Shown here: positions 36,460 through 45,195 of the stretch, piece after piece | Layout: each line of letters starts with the position of its first letter | Numbering within the stretch: position 1 is the first letter of the stretch | The notes under the pieces: generated by a model | Database searches by the model: none | What the model was told of the DNA's origin: nothing | The model's input: the letters and a program-made list of their open reading frames with translations, nothing else | Made by a program: the position numbers and the translations under genes | Origin: Candidatus Omnitrophota bacterium | GTDB taxonomy: Bacteria > Omnitrophota > Gorgyraeia > Duberdicusellales > 4484-171 | Direction of reading: 5' to 3' | Assembly: GCA_003154195.1 (NCBI GenBank) | Contig: PMCS01000029.1 | Span: forward strand, 24,142 to 88,141 | Length of the DNA stretch: 64,000 bases

Positions 36460-37278
36460 TCAGTTATTATGCGTTTGGGGAAATTCTAATTCTTCAATGC
36501 ATATCTTAAAAAGTGCGGGGTCGAAAATCTTTTTATCGTGGGCGAACCCGCAAAGCAAAACCCGGTCGCAAAGCATATTAATCAACCGCGGGATGCCGCC
36601 GGAAAACTTATAGATAACATCGTAGCTTTGCGGCATAATTTCTATGGAAGAATCGCCGGCTTTCTTGAGCCGGTGTTCGATATATTTTTTTACTTCTCCC
36701 AACCGTAAGGGAGTAAGGGTATGATGAACACAAATGCGCTGGCGTATCTGGCGCAATGAAAATTGGCTTAACTTATCGTCTAATTCCGGCTGGCCCGCCA
36801 AAACAATTTGTAAAAGCTTGCCCGCGGCCGTTTCTAAATTAGAAAGAAGCCTTATCTGTTCAAGCTGCCTTGCCCCCAAATCCTGGGCCTCGTCAACGAT
36901 GAGAACGGCATTACCGCCGACGCGATTTTGTTCGAGGAGAAAAGAATTCAGGCCTTTGACAATATCGAGCCGGCCTTTGCCTTTAATATTTAAACCAAAA
37001 TCCTCGACAATCGCTTTCAATAATTGCACTTCGCTGAAATAAGGATTCAAAATAAGGGAAGTCTTTACTTCCTGAGGCAAAACATTAAGGAAAGTCTTGC
37101 AAAGCGTGGTTTTTCCCGTCCCCACTTCACCGGTAATCAAGATAAGCCCCTTGCGCTCTTTGACACCGTAGAGCAACGCCGCTAAAGCCTCCTTATGCGA
37201 AGCGCTTTCGAAGAAAAATTGGGGGTCGCTGGTGATGTGAAAGGGAAAATTTTTTAAGCCGTAAAATTCAAGGTACAT
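36460..37278 (-). CDS. ExeA/GspA/MshM-like AAA ATPase
   Basis: LILITGEVGTGKTTLCKTFL is the Walker A and AVLIVDEAQDL the Walker B. The overall pattern matches ExeA/MshM. Confidence 0.75.
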   Translation of the reverse strand: MYLEFYGLKNFPFHITSDPQFFFESASHKEALAALLYGVKERKGLILITGEVGTGKTTLCKTFLNVLPQEVKTSLILNPYFSEVQLLKAIVEDFGLNIKGKGRLDIVKGLNSFLLEQNRVGGNAVLIVDEAQDLGARQLEQIRLLSNLETAAGKLLQIVLAGQPELDDKLSQFSLRQIRQRICVHHTLTPLRLGEVKKYIEHRLKKAGDSSIEIMPQSYDVIYKFSGGIPRLINMLCDRVLLCGFAHDKKIFDPALFKICIEELEFPQTHNN

Positions 37279-37465
37279 ATTTTAACTTGGGTTAGGGTAA
37301 TGGTAACGATGCCTGTATGGGTTATGGCTAAGGTTATGGCTTTATTCAGATTAGCCTTAACCCTTGCCCTAGCCCGAACCGGCTTTCCGCCTTCGCCAAA
37401 GGCTTCGGCGAGACTTCTCCGAAGCTCAAAGAGCGAAGGAGAGCCTAGCCTTAGCCCTGGCCGAT

Positions 37466-38857
37466 TTACTTCTGCTTCCCCTGAGCACTCTCCGGCGTAT
37501 TTTCCGACTGAGCCGCAGCAAGAATCCGTTCCGGGGTCACAATCGTCGGCGTGATAAAAATCATCAAGTTTTTCTTGTCGACGGTTTTACTTTTGTGTTT
37601 AAAAAAATACCCTAAAAGCGGAATGTCGCCTAAAAGCGGAACTTTGTTGATAGTATCGATAGTTTTATCACTGATCAACCCGGCGATGACCAATGTATTA
37701 CCGTCTTTAATCATGACTTTCGTAGAAGTACTTTGAGTATTAAGTATCGGTAATTGTACAGTGCCGGAAGTGGAGCTACTCGAAAACGCTACTTCTCCCA
37801 CTTTATCGCTTACCGTCGGTTCGAGCGTAAGCGTAATGAAGCGTTCTTTGTTTATTTGCGGCGTTACCTTAAACGTCACGCCGTAGTTAATTGTGGTAAA
37901 ACCGCTTATCGTAAGAGCCCCCTGTTGTTCGTTATAACTATAGTTGGGCACGGGATAATTGGTAAGCACATTGATACTAGCGACCTGGTTATTCAAGGTA
38001 GTAATTTTAGGCATAGAAATAATCTTAGTATTACTGTCGTTGAAAATAATTTCCAGGGTAGCGGCTAATTGCGAAGCGTCTAAGCTCCCGAATGACCACG
38101 CCCCGGTAGCCCCGGTAGTAGTAGGCACAGCCAAAAAATCGGTAGCCGTTCCCATAAATTTTCCCATCTTTTTGCTGTTGTCGTCTTGTTTAAACGGCCA
38201 TGTCATCGGCCGCTTACTGGCTGAAGCTCCTCCCACGATATTCCAATTAATACCCAGGGTGTTAGTTAATCCTAAGTCGGTTTCGAGGATCTTTGCTTCG
38301 ATTGCAACCTGCGGTGTAATTTCATCGAGCGCTTTTATCGCCTTCTCGATGTTCGGTAAATTGGATTGGACATCGATAACCACTAAAGTATTGGTCCGGG
38401 CATCGGAAATAATCCTGCCCCGGCCGGAAACCATACTCTGAATCGTATTTTTTACATCCTCGACTTTGGCAAAATTCAAACTGAAAACTTTGGAATCAAC
38501 CGGCTCAGCTACTTTCGCTTCGGCGCCTTTTTTACGTTTTTCCGCCAGATTATCCACAGTATCGACTAAAATTATATTTTTCCCCACCCACTCATAGCCG
38601 TAATTGTAAGTTCTCAGCACCGCGTCTAAGGCCGTCTGCCAATCGACATTTTCCAGGTCCACCGTAACCAGCCCCTTTATATCCGGCGCGACCAAAATAT
38701 TGACTTTACTTTCATCCTTAATCGCTTTTTGCGTAATCGCCTGCAAGACGATCCTGATATCGGCATCTTTGAATTTAAGGGTCGAGAGCACCCCTTCCTG
38801 GGCGAAGCTAACGAAACTTACCGCAAGCATCAATGCAAGAACGAATAACTTTCTCAT
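37466..38857 (-). CDS. pilQ: type IV pilus secretin PilQ (MshL-like)
   Basis: It has a signal peptide and a C-terminal secretin domain (VPLLGDIPLLGYFFKHKSKTVDKKNLMIFITPTIV). Confidence 0.85.
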   Translation of the reverse strand: MRKLFVLALMLAVSFVSFAQEGVLSTLKFKDADIRIVLQAITQKAIKDESKVNILVAPDIKGLVTVDLENVDWQTALDAVLRTYNYGYEWVGKNIILVDTVDNLAEKRKKGAEAKVAEPVDSKVFSLNFAKVEDVKNTIQSMVSGRGRIISDARTNTLVVIDVQSNLPNIEKAIKALDEITPQVAIEAKILETDLGLTNTLGINWNIVGGASASKRPMTWPFKQDDNSKKMGKFMGTATDFLAVPTTTGATGAWSFGSLDASQLAATLEIIFNDSNTKIISMPKITTLNNQVASINVLTNYPVPNYSYNEQQGALTISGFTTINYGVTFKVTPQINKERFITLTLEPTVSDKVGEVAFSSSSTSGTVQLPILNTQSTSTKVMIKDGNTLVIAGLISDKTIDTINKVPLLGDIPLLGYFFKHKSKTVDKKNLMIFITPTIVTPERILAAAQSENTPESAQGKQK

Positions 38858-38858
38858 C

Positions 38859-39242
38859 TTACCCCTCCCATTTTAAAGTAAACTCTCTGCCGTCTCTTTC
38901 TAAAATAACAGTATTCTTTTCAATCTTCTTTATTTTATATCCCTGAAAAATACCGCTTTCCTTATACATCTCATTATTGATTATCGCAACGCTTCCCTCT
39001 TGTGAATAGATTATACCTTGCAATAGAGAATCCCCCAGTTCTTTTTTTTCTTTGATCAATACTTCGCCCCGTTCGTTTACCAATGGCCGCATGGGATCGC
39101 GGTCCTTTAAAGAAGAGTAGGGGTACTTAAATTCCTGGGCATCTAAAATAAAATGAACCGCCAGTAACAAGCCCGCGATAAAAAAATATAGCGCGCACCT
39201 TTTTATCCCGTTTGAGTTGACCTTGCGTCTTTTTCCCAACAT
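38859..39242 (-). CDS. PilP-like pilus assembly lipoprotein or inner-membrane protein
   Basis: It is a small protein with one TM helix, positioned between pilO and pilQ as in canonical pilMNOPQ operons. Its stop is 2 nt before the pilQ start. Confidence 0.5.
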   Translation of the reverse strand: MLGKRRKVNSNGIKRCALYFFIAGLLLAVHFILDAQEFKYPYSSLKDRDPMRPLVNERGEVLIKEKKELGDSLLQGIIYSQEGSVAIINNEMYKESGIFQGYKIKKIEKNTVILERDGREFTLKWEG

Positions 39243-39374
39243 ATTCTACCTTCGGTTTATTATCAAAAATACCCAATGTAGTTTCAGAGTATCAAAGTAT
39301 CATAGCGTCAAAGTTGAATTCCTGTAACGCTCTGACGCTATGACGCTATGAAGCCCTGACACTCTTAGCGCATC

Positions 39375-39914
39375 TCAATCCCTCAGCAACGCCGTAAGCG
39401 AGATACTTATTTCGTGATAAGGATTAGCTGCTCTAATCGAAAGCTCTTTTACCAGAAGGGAATAAGGCCCCGTTTCAACCAGATTGAGAAACTGCCCTAA
39501 ATTATGGAAACCCGCTCTCCCTTCCATTTTTAACGGCAGATAAAAAAATTTGCTTTCGCCGATTGTTTTAGCTTCCTGCAATTTTCCCGAAACGATTTCT
39601 TGCGCGTCAAAATTAGTTTCTTTTGCTTTACTGGAAAGAAATACCGAAATCGCCGAAGTGTCGCCGGTGGAAGCGATTTTATTTTCCCGATCCGCTATTT
39701 CCTTATTTATCCTGATCTTTTCATCGAAAAGAGAAACTTCCCGTATCGCTTCCTGCTCAAAAAGATTTATTTTTTTCTTAAGGTCGCCAGCCTGGAGGTT
39801 TACCTTTATAATCTTTTGAACTTGCAGCGGTAAAACCGCCGCCAGGTCGAACAGCAAAACTATATAAAAAGAAGCGTAGACAATTGTTTTTTTATTCAGT
39901 TTTAATTTTTGCAT
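39375..39914 (-). CDS. pilO: PilO-like pilus assembly protein
   Basis: It has an N-terminal TM helix and a coiled-coil, sits third in the pilMNOPQ order and overlaps the pilN stop. Confidence 0.55.
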   Translation of the reverse strand: MQKLKLNKKTIVYASFYIVLLFDLAAVLPLQVQKIIKVNLQAGDLKKKINLFEQEAIREVSLFDEKIRINKEIADRENKIASTGDTSAISVFLSSKAKETNFDAQEIVSGKLQEAKTIGESKFFYLPLKMEGRAGFHNLGQFLNLVETGPYSLLVKELSIRAANPYHEISISLTALLRD

Positions 39915-40462
39915 TCGACCTCGAATCTCATGACTTCCGTGCCGGATAGATAATTTTTGCGGGAATTCTTTAGACTAATATTTTTAAATATCCCGGCAAA
40001 CTTCTCTTTCTTCAAATTCCGGATAAATTCTTGTATTGATGCCAGGTAATCATCTTTCCCCCGCACGGCATAGCCCACAAAATTAAAGGAATTTCCTTTA
40101 AGGTTTATTTCCTCAAGCCATATATTTTCCGGCAACGACTTAAAAAGATCCGCCAGTATCTGGGAAACGCTAATCCCCGAACCCGCCAAATTTTGATAGT
40201 CGGTTTGTTTATTTCTTAAACCATCGACCTCTTTTTTTAAAGTGCTTAACGCTTCGGATTTAGGAATCAAGCTTTTCCATTTTTTGCTTAAATCGTTGCG
40301 CGCCGATAAAGCGAAGGTTGTAAAAACAAATAAAACAATATTCAAAAGCATGACGCCGCATAATGTTAAAAATACAGCGGGCAAAAATTTCTCCAATAAA
40401 TCGATAAGCTTATCGTCCCCGTTGCCGGTATAAGGATAGAGATTAATATCTATTTTTTTCAT
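39902..40462 (-). CDS. pilN: PilN-like pilus assembly protein
   Basis: It has a short cytoplasmic N-terminus, one TM helix (FLTLCGVMLLNIVLFVFTTFAL) and a periplasmic domain. It overlaps pilM by 4 nt. Confidence 0.6.
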   Translation of the reverse strand: MKKIDINLYPYTGNGDDKLIDLLEKFLPAVFLTLCGVMLLNIVLFVFTTFALSARNDLSKKWKSLIPKSEALSTLKKEVDGLRNKQTDYQNLAGSGISVSQILADLFKSLPENIWLEEINLKGNSFNFVGYAVRGKDDYLASIQEFIRNLKKEKFAGIFKNISLKNSRKNYLSGTEVMRFEVECKN

Positions 40463-41466
40463 ACCGCCATACCTAAGCTTACCCCAAGCATCTCCTTAAA
40501 CTTCAACATTGTTTCGTCGGGATTAAAATTAGACCCTTCTAAAGGGTTCCAAATTTTTACCTCCACGCCTAAAGAATTATTCATAATCTTATCGATGCCT
40601 GGCAGTTTGGATAACCCCCCGGTCACATAAAGCGATTGAATACGGCTTCCCCAATTCACTTCAAAATAATCCAGAGAATTTTTTACTTCTTCAGAAAGCT
40701 CTAAAACCATTTCCTCGATTACTTCAATGATTTCGCTTATTTCGCCGACCGACGATTTTTCATCCGCCTGAATAATCATATTCTCCGCAGCCGCTACGTC
40801 GATATTTTTTATTTTTGCTATTCTTTGCAAAAATTCGCCGGCGGACACTTTTATCTCCCTGCTTAGACAAGGCATCCCTTTTTTGAACATATTAAAAAGA
40901 GTGGAATTAAAACCGATATCAAGCACGGCCGCCGTCGAATCCGCGAAAAACGAATTCATAAATAAATTAATCAGAGCCAGGTTGTTCAGGGTTATCGCCT
41001 TAAGATTAATCTTAGCGGCTTGAAAATCCTTTATGAGCGAATCCAAGAAACTCTTTTTCACTACCGCCAGAAGGACAAAGATTTCATGGGAAGAATAATT
41101 TTCATCTAAGACAGAAACATCAAAGTAAACATCATCCTTATTAAACGGCATAAACTTAGAGATCTCATAACCAAAAACTTCTTTGAGATTCTTTTTATCA
41201 ACCTTGGGAAAAGGAGTATATCGTATAAGCGTATCTTGCCCTTTCACGGCTAATTTAACGGGTTTATACGATAATCTTTCTTTTTCCAGCCATTCGCCAA
41301 TTATTCTTATGGGTTCGCCTTTGTTTTTTTCCGCAAGAAATTTGCAGTTATTATTTTCGTCCTTATAAATAGCCTTAATATACCCACCGCCTAAATCAAT
41401 AACTACCTTGGTAGTTTCTTCTTTTTTTAGAATTTTATTGAATATTTGTGTAAGTGTATCCAGCAT
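40459..41466 (-). CDS. pilM: type IV pilus assembly ATPase-like protein PilM (actin/FtsA fold)
   Basis: VIDLGGGYIKAIY, AVLDIGFNSTLFN and SLYVTGGLSKLPGI are the actin-like ATPase motifs of PilM. Confidence 0.8.
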   Translation of the reverse strand: MLDTLTQIFNKILKKEETTKVVIDLGGGYIKAIYKDENNNCKFLAEKNKGEPIRIIGEWLEKERLSYKPVKLAVKGQDTLIRYTPFPKVDKKNLKEVFGYEISKFMPFNKDDVYFDVSVLDENYSSHEIFVLLAVVKKSFLDSLIKDFQAAKINLKAITLNNLALINLFMNSFFADSTAAVLDIGFNSTLFNMFKKGMPCLSREIKVSAGEFLQRIAKIKNIDVAAAENMIIQADEKSSVGEISEIIEVIEEMVLELSEEVKNSLDYFEVNWGSRIQSLYVTGGLSKLPGIDKIMNNSLGVEVKIWNPLEGSNFNPDETMLKFKEMLGVSLGMAV

Positions 41467-41699
41467 AATTATTTTTATCTTACAATATAAACGTTAAAAT
41501 TGCAAGTAACTTCCATTTAATTGGGAAAATGGCATTTTCCCAATTAATGCCGGCAATAGTTTTGTTCGCGGGTAACCGCCGTAATCTCCTCGTAGAGAAT
41601 TATTTATTATCAATATCACCAAAAATAATTAGGCATCATGATATATAACCCAACTCCTTAAACCGCAATAAGTTATGCGTACAACAATATTATGAAAAA

Positions 41700-41906
41700 A
41701 ATTCAACTTAGGGTTGACAAAACCATGTTTATATGTTATCTTCTAATTGGAAAGAAGGAAGAGTTCTTTGGACAAAAGTTACTTAAGGTTGCGTATATTT
41801 CCTAAGGTTGCCCGGTGTTGCATTAAAAACGCAATACTGCCGTAATCTTAGGAAACCTTAAGTAACCTCAGGAACTTTAAGAAACCTAAAAAAAGGGAGG
41901 TGCTTT
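41700..41906 (+). promoter_or_regulatory. pilin promoter and long repetitive 5' leader
   Basis: A TTGACA(-35)...TATGTT-like promoter lies at about 41701..41730. A leader of about 170 nt follows, carrying repeated CTTAAGGTTGC / CCTAAGGTTGC / ACCTTAAGTAACCTCAGG / AACTTTAAGAAACCT units. An AGGGAGG ribosome-binding site precedes the ATG at 41907. Confidence 0.4.
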
Positions 41907-42365
41907 ATGTTGAAGAGAAAAGGGTTTACGCTCGTGGAAATCATGATTGTTGTAGCGATTATTGCGCTATTAGCGGCAATCGCCATCCCCAACTTGCTGC
42001 GCGCCCGGCTTAACGCCAACGAAAGCGCGGCCATCGCAGCGATGCAGACTCTCGTAAGCTCGGCAACCAGCTTTAGGGCAGCCAACCCGCAATATCCCAC
42101 TAATTTAGGATGCCTTACTGCCGTTGCCCCCCCTTACATTGACACGCAGTTGGGATGCGCAAACGCAACTTGTTTAAAGCAAGGCTATAACTTCGCGTTG
42201 GTCGGCGCAACCAACAGCTTTACCGCTACAGCTCAACCGGAAAATACGGGAATCACCGGCGTCCGGAGTTTCTTTGTTGACTCCAGCGGCGTCATTAGAT
42301 ATTGCACGGGAACCACCGGATCACCCTGCACCGCCACCAATGCGTCGGACATTTTGAATAATTAA
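41907..42365 (+). CDS. pilA: type IV major pilin (PilA/MshA-like)
   Basis: MLKRKGFTLVEIMIVVAIIALLAAIAIPNLL shows the class III signal peptide with the G|FTLVE cleavage site and Glu+5. There are C-terminal cysteine pairs. Confidence 0.85.
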   Translation: MLKRKGFTLVEIMIVVAIIALLAAIAIPNLLRARLNANESAAIAAMQTLVSSATSFRAANPQYPTNLGCLTAVAPPYIDTQLGCANATCLKQGYNFALVGATNSFTATAQPENTGITGVRSFFVDSSGVIRYCTGTTGSPCTATNASDILNN

Positions 42366-42372
42366 ATATCAT

Positions 42373-42405
42373 AAAAAAGGGAAGCCTTCGGGCTTCCCTT
42401 TTTTT
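42373..42405 (+). terminator. rho-independent terminator of the pilin gene
   Basis: AAAAAAGGGAAGCCTTCGGGCTTCCCTTTTTTT is a GC-rich hairpin followed by a T-run. Confidence 0.75.
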
Positions 42406-42605
42406 CTGTTACCCCGAAAATACCGGCAGACAGCGTTTATCGATAAGCCCTCGCCCAAAATAGGACAACATCATATTTTTAGATAGTTTTTTATATCGTC
42501 TTATTATATAATAAGTTTGTTGAAATATAACGCCCGTCAATTGCCGGGCGTTCATAGCCTAAAATAACAATTACTAAATAACTTCTTTTTTTACCCGCTA
42601 AACAT

Positions 42606-43160
42606 ATGGATATCGGAAAAAAAATACGCACCCTACGAGGTAACATGAGCCAGGACGAACTGGCCCGCCGGTCCAAAGTAGACAAAGCGATCATCAGTAA
42701 AATCGAAAACGGCAAGATGAACGGCACGATTGCTTGCCACACTAAGATCGCCTCGGCCTTCGGCATGAAACTTTCGGAATTCTATGCGCATCTTGAAAAC
42801 GATAACCGTGAGCCGGCGGCATTGCATCCGGCAAATTTAAAAACTGATGTCTATCAAGATTTTCTGGAAATCCTTACCGTTATTCCTTTAGCAAAAAGGA
42901 TGCTCCCCGTTTTTATTACCGTAAAAGAAAACCAGACGCAATATCTGGAAGAAACCATTAAAAAAGTAGAACGGTTTATTATAATTTTGGAAGGCGAGGT
43001 AGAAATCGAAATAGAAGAAAAAAAATATCTCCTCGGCAAGGAAGATAAAAATGAGAAAGGCGACAGCCTTTATTCTTTAAGCCAGGGCCGGCACGCCATC
43101 AAAAATATAGGCACCGCAACAGCAAAACTTTTATGCGTCAGCGTGCCGCCAGTATTATAA
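42606..43160 (+). CDS. XRE-family HTH transcriptional regulator with a C-terminal cupin domain
   Basis: IRTLRGNMSQDELARRSKVDKAIISKIENGK is an HTH_3 motif. The C-terminal region is a beta-rich cupin-like fold. Confidence 0.75.
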   Translation: MDIGKKIRTLRGNMSQDELARRSKVDKAIISKIENGKMNGTIACHTKIASAFGMKLSEFYAHLENDNREPAALHPANLKTDVYQDFLEILTVIPLAKRMLPVFITVKENQTQYLEETIKKVERFIIILEGEVEIEIEEKKYLLGKEDKNEKGDSLYSLSQGRHAIKNIGTATAKLLCVSVPPVL

Positions 43161-43164
43161 TAAA

Positions 43165-43286
43165 AGGTTAAGGCTAAGGTTACGAAACCGGTTTGGGTAA
43201 GGGCAAGGGTTAGGGCTAAAAAATATTTTAAAACCGTTACCTTAACCCTAACCTATACTGGCTTCGTTACCATTACCCTAACCGAG
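43165..43286. repeat. palindromic intergenic repeat, family C (GGTTAAGGCTAAGGTTACG / CGTTACCTTAACCCTAACC arms)
   Basis: It is about 80% identical to copies at 12226..12345 and 37285..37380. All share the central AAAAAATATTTT. Confidence 0.65.
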
Positions 43287-43303
43287 TTTTTAAGGGGGTA
43301 AAC

Positions 43304-43669
43304 ATGGAAAAGATAAAGATACTGATATGCGAAGATGAAGTGACTTCGCAAAAAGCGATAAAAAATATACTGGCCAAGAGGAAATATGAAGTTTATACGG
43401 CACAAGACGGCGAGGAAGCTTTAGGCAAAGCTAAAACATTGGGCCCGGATTTGATTATTCTCGACATCCGCATGCCTAAAATCGACGGGATTGAAGTATT
43501 GAAAGAAATTAGAAAATTTAACGCGGGAGTAAAAATAATTATCGTTACCGCTTTTCAAAGCCCTCAAATATCCCAGGAAGCCGCTAAATACAATATCTTC
43601 GATTATATCGTAAAACCTCTATCGGGAGAAAAACTGATTGAGGTTGTGGAAAAAGCCCTCCAAAGATAA
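43304..43669 (+). CDS. stand-alone response-regulator receiver domain (CheY-like)
   Basis: ILICEDEVTSQKAIKNIL...DLIILDIRMPKIDGIEVL...IIVTA...K carries the acidic pocket, the phospho-acceptor Asp and the conserved Lys. Confidence 0.8.
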   Translation: MEKIKILICEDEVTSQKAIKNILAKRKYEVYTAQDGEEALGKAKTLGPDLIILDIRMPKIDGIEVLKEIRKFNAGVKIIIVTAFQSPQISQEAAKYNIFDYIVKPLSGEKLIEVVEKALQR

Positions 43670-43884
43670 TATCCCTTCAAAATAAATATTCCTTCGGAAT
43701 ATTTATTTTTGTTGACCGGAAAAATGCGTGAAACTGCATTTTTCCGGTTCGAAGAAAAACTTATAAATTTTCATAAAAATTTGGCTTCAGAAGTATTCCA
43801 ATCAAAGGGAAAGCATGAAAACCGCAGGTTTTCATATGCCTAATTTGGACGAGCTTTTTTGTCTTTGCTTGTGGCTCGTCCAAA

Positions 43885-45090
43885 TTAGTGGCCGAGCATG
43901 GTGGTTATCGAAATAATCGGCAAGAACAGCGCGACCACGATCCCGCCGATCACTATTCCTAAAAATCCTATAACCAAAGGCTCGATAAGACTGGTAAGGC
44001 TGGAAATGACGGCTTCGGTTTGCTCTTCATAAAATTCGGCAATTTTAGAAAGCATTGCCTCAAGCTTGCCCGTCGTTTCTCCGACGCCGATCATCTTTAC
44101 TACCATGGGAGGAAAAACCTTGCTTTCTTCCAAGGGAACGGAAATAGGTACGCCTTCCTGTATTGATTTCTTGGCTTTTATCACCGCCTCTTCAATTACT
44201 TTATTCCCGCTGGTTTTAGCTACTATTTCTAGAGAGTTTACGATGGGGACGCCGCTACGCACCAGAGTTGCGAAAGTCCTGGCGAATTGAGCGATGCTTA
44301 TTTTTTTGATGATATCTCCGGCAATGGGCAATCTAATTAAAAATTTATGGTAGTTCATTTTGCCCCTGGGCGTGGAAACGTATTTTTTAAAAGCGACTAC
44401 GGCGATGACAAAAACTACAACCAATAACAAAAACTGCTTTCGCATTATATCGGAAAAACCCACCAGGATCTGGGTGGGAAGCGGGAGCTTTCCGCCTAAG
44501 GTCGCGAAGATGCCTTTAAAAGTCGGGATGACTTTTAAAATTAAAAAACCGGTTATCCCTATTGCCATAAGGATTACCACTGCCGGATAAGTAAGGCTGG
44601 ATATTATCTTTCTTCTAAGAGCGCTGGATTTTTCCAGATAAACGGACAAACGCTCCAGAATCTCCGGCAGATTACCCGAACTTTCCGCCGCCTCTACCAT
44701 GCTGACATATAATTCAGAAAAAATCTTCGGGTACTTGGCGATTGCCGCGGCAAAACTTGAGCCTTCGCGTAAATCTTTTAAAATTGCCGCGATAACTTTT
44801 TTAAAATAGGGGTTTTCCACTTGCTGATACAAAATATCCAAAGCGCCGACAATGGGAATACTGCTCTCGATTAACGTAGTAAGTTGGCGGGAAAAAATTA
44901 CCAGTTCATCAACCTTTACCTTTCCTTTGGTAGCCGACTTAAGTTTACCGGCTTTCGCCTCCTGTAAAGATAAAACCATATGCCTCTGGGTATGCAAAAG
45001 CTCGATGGCTTTATTCTGGGATTCCGCTTCAAGGCTGCCCTTTAAAACATGGCCGTCTTTATTACGTATGGTATAAGAAAATAAACTCAT
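43885..45090 (-). CDS. pilC: type IV pilus / type II secretion platform protein PilC/GspF (MshG-like)
   Basis: It has two T2SSF repeats and three TM segments, and ends ...FLPIISITTMLGH. Confidence 0.85.
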   Translation of the reverse strand: MSLFSYTIRNKDGHVLKGSLEAESQNKAIELLHTQRHMVLSLQEAKAGKLKSATKGKVKVDELVIFSRQLTTLIESSIPIVGALDILYQQVENPYFKKVIAAILKDLREGSSFAAAIAKYPKIFSELYVSMVEAAESSGNLPEILERLSVYLEKSSALRRKIISSLTYPAVVILMAIGITGFLILKVIPTFKGIFATLGGKLPLPTQILVGFSDIMRKQFLLLVVVFVIAVVAFKKYVSTPRGKMNYHKFLIRLPIAGDIIKKISIAQFARTFATLVRSGVPIVNSLEIVAKTSGNKVIEEAVIKAKKSIQEGVPISVPLEESKVFPPMVVKMIGVGETTGKLEAMLSKIAEFYEEQTEAVISSLTSLIEPLVIGFLGIVIGGIVVALFLPIISITTMLGH

Positions 45091-45195
45091 CCGCTTTACT
45101 CCAATTTTGATAATAAAACCAATACGAAAGTGTCAGAGCGTCAGAGTATTAGAACACCTAAACTTTGACCCTATGACACTTTGACGCTAATCTAA

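Noticed and set aside
42491-42766. 91-aa minus-strand ORF overlapping the start of the XRE-cupin regulator
   Set aside because: It overlaps a well-supported plus-strand regulator with a clear HTH motif. It has no ribosome-binding site and no motif.
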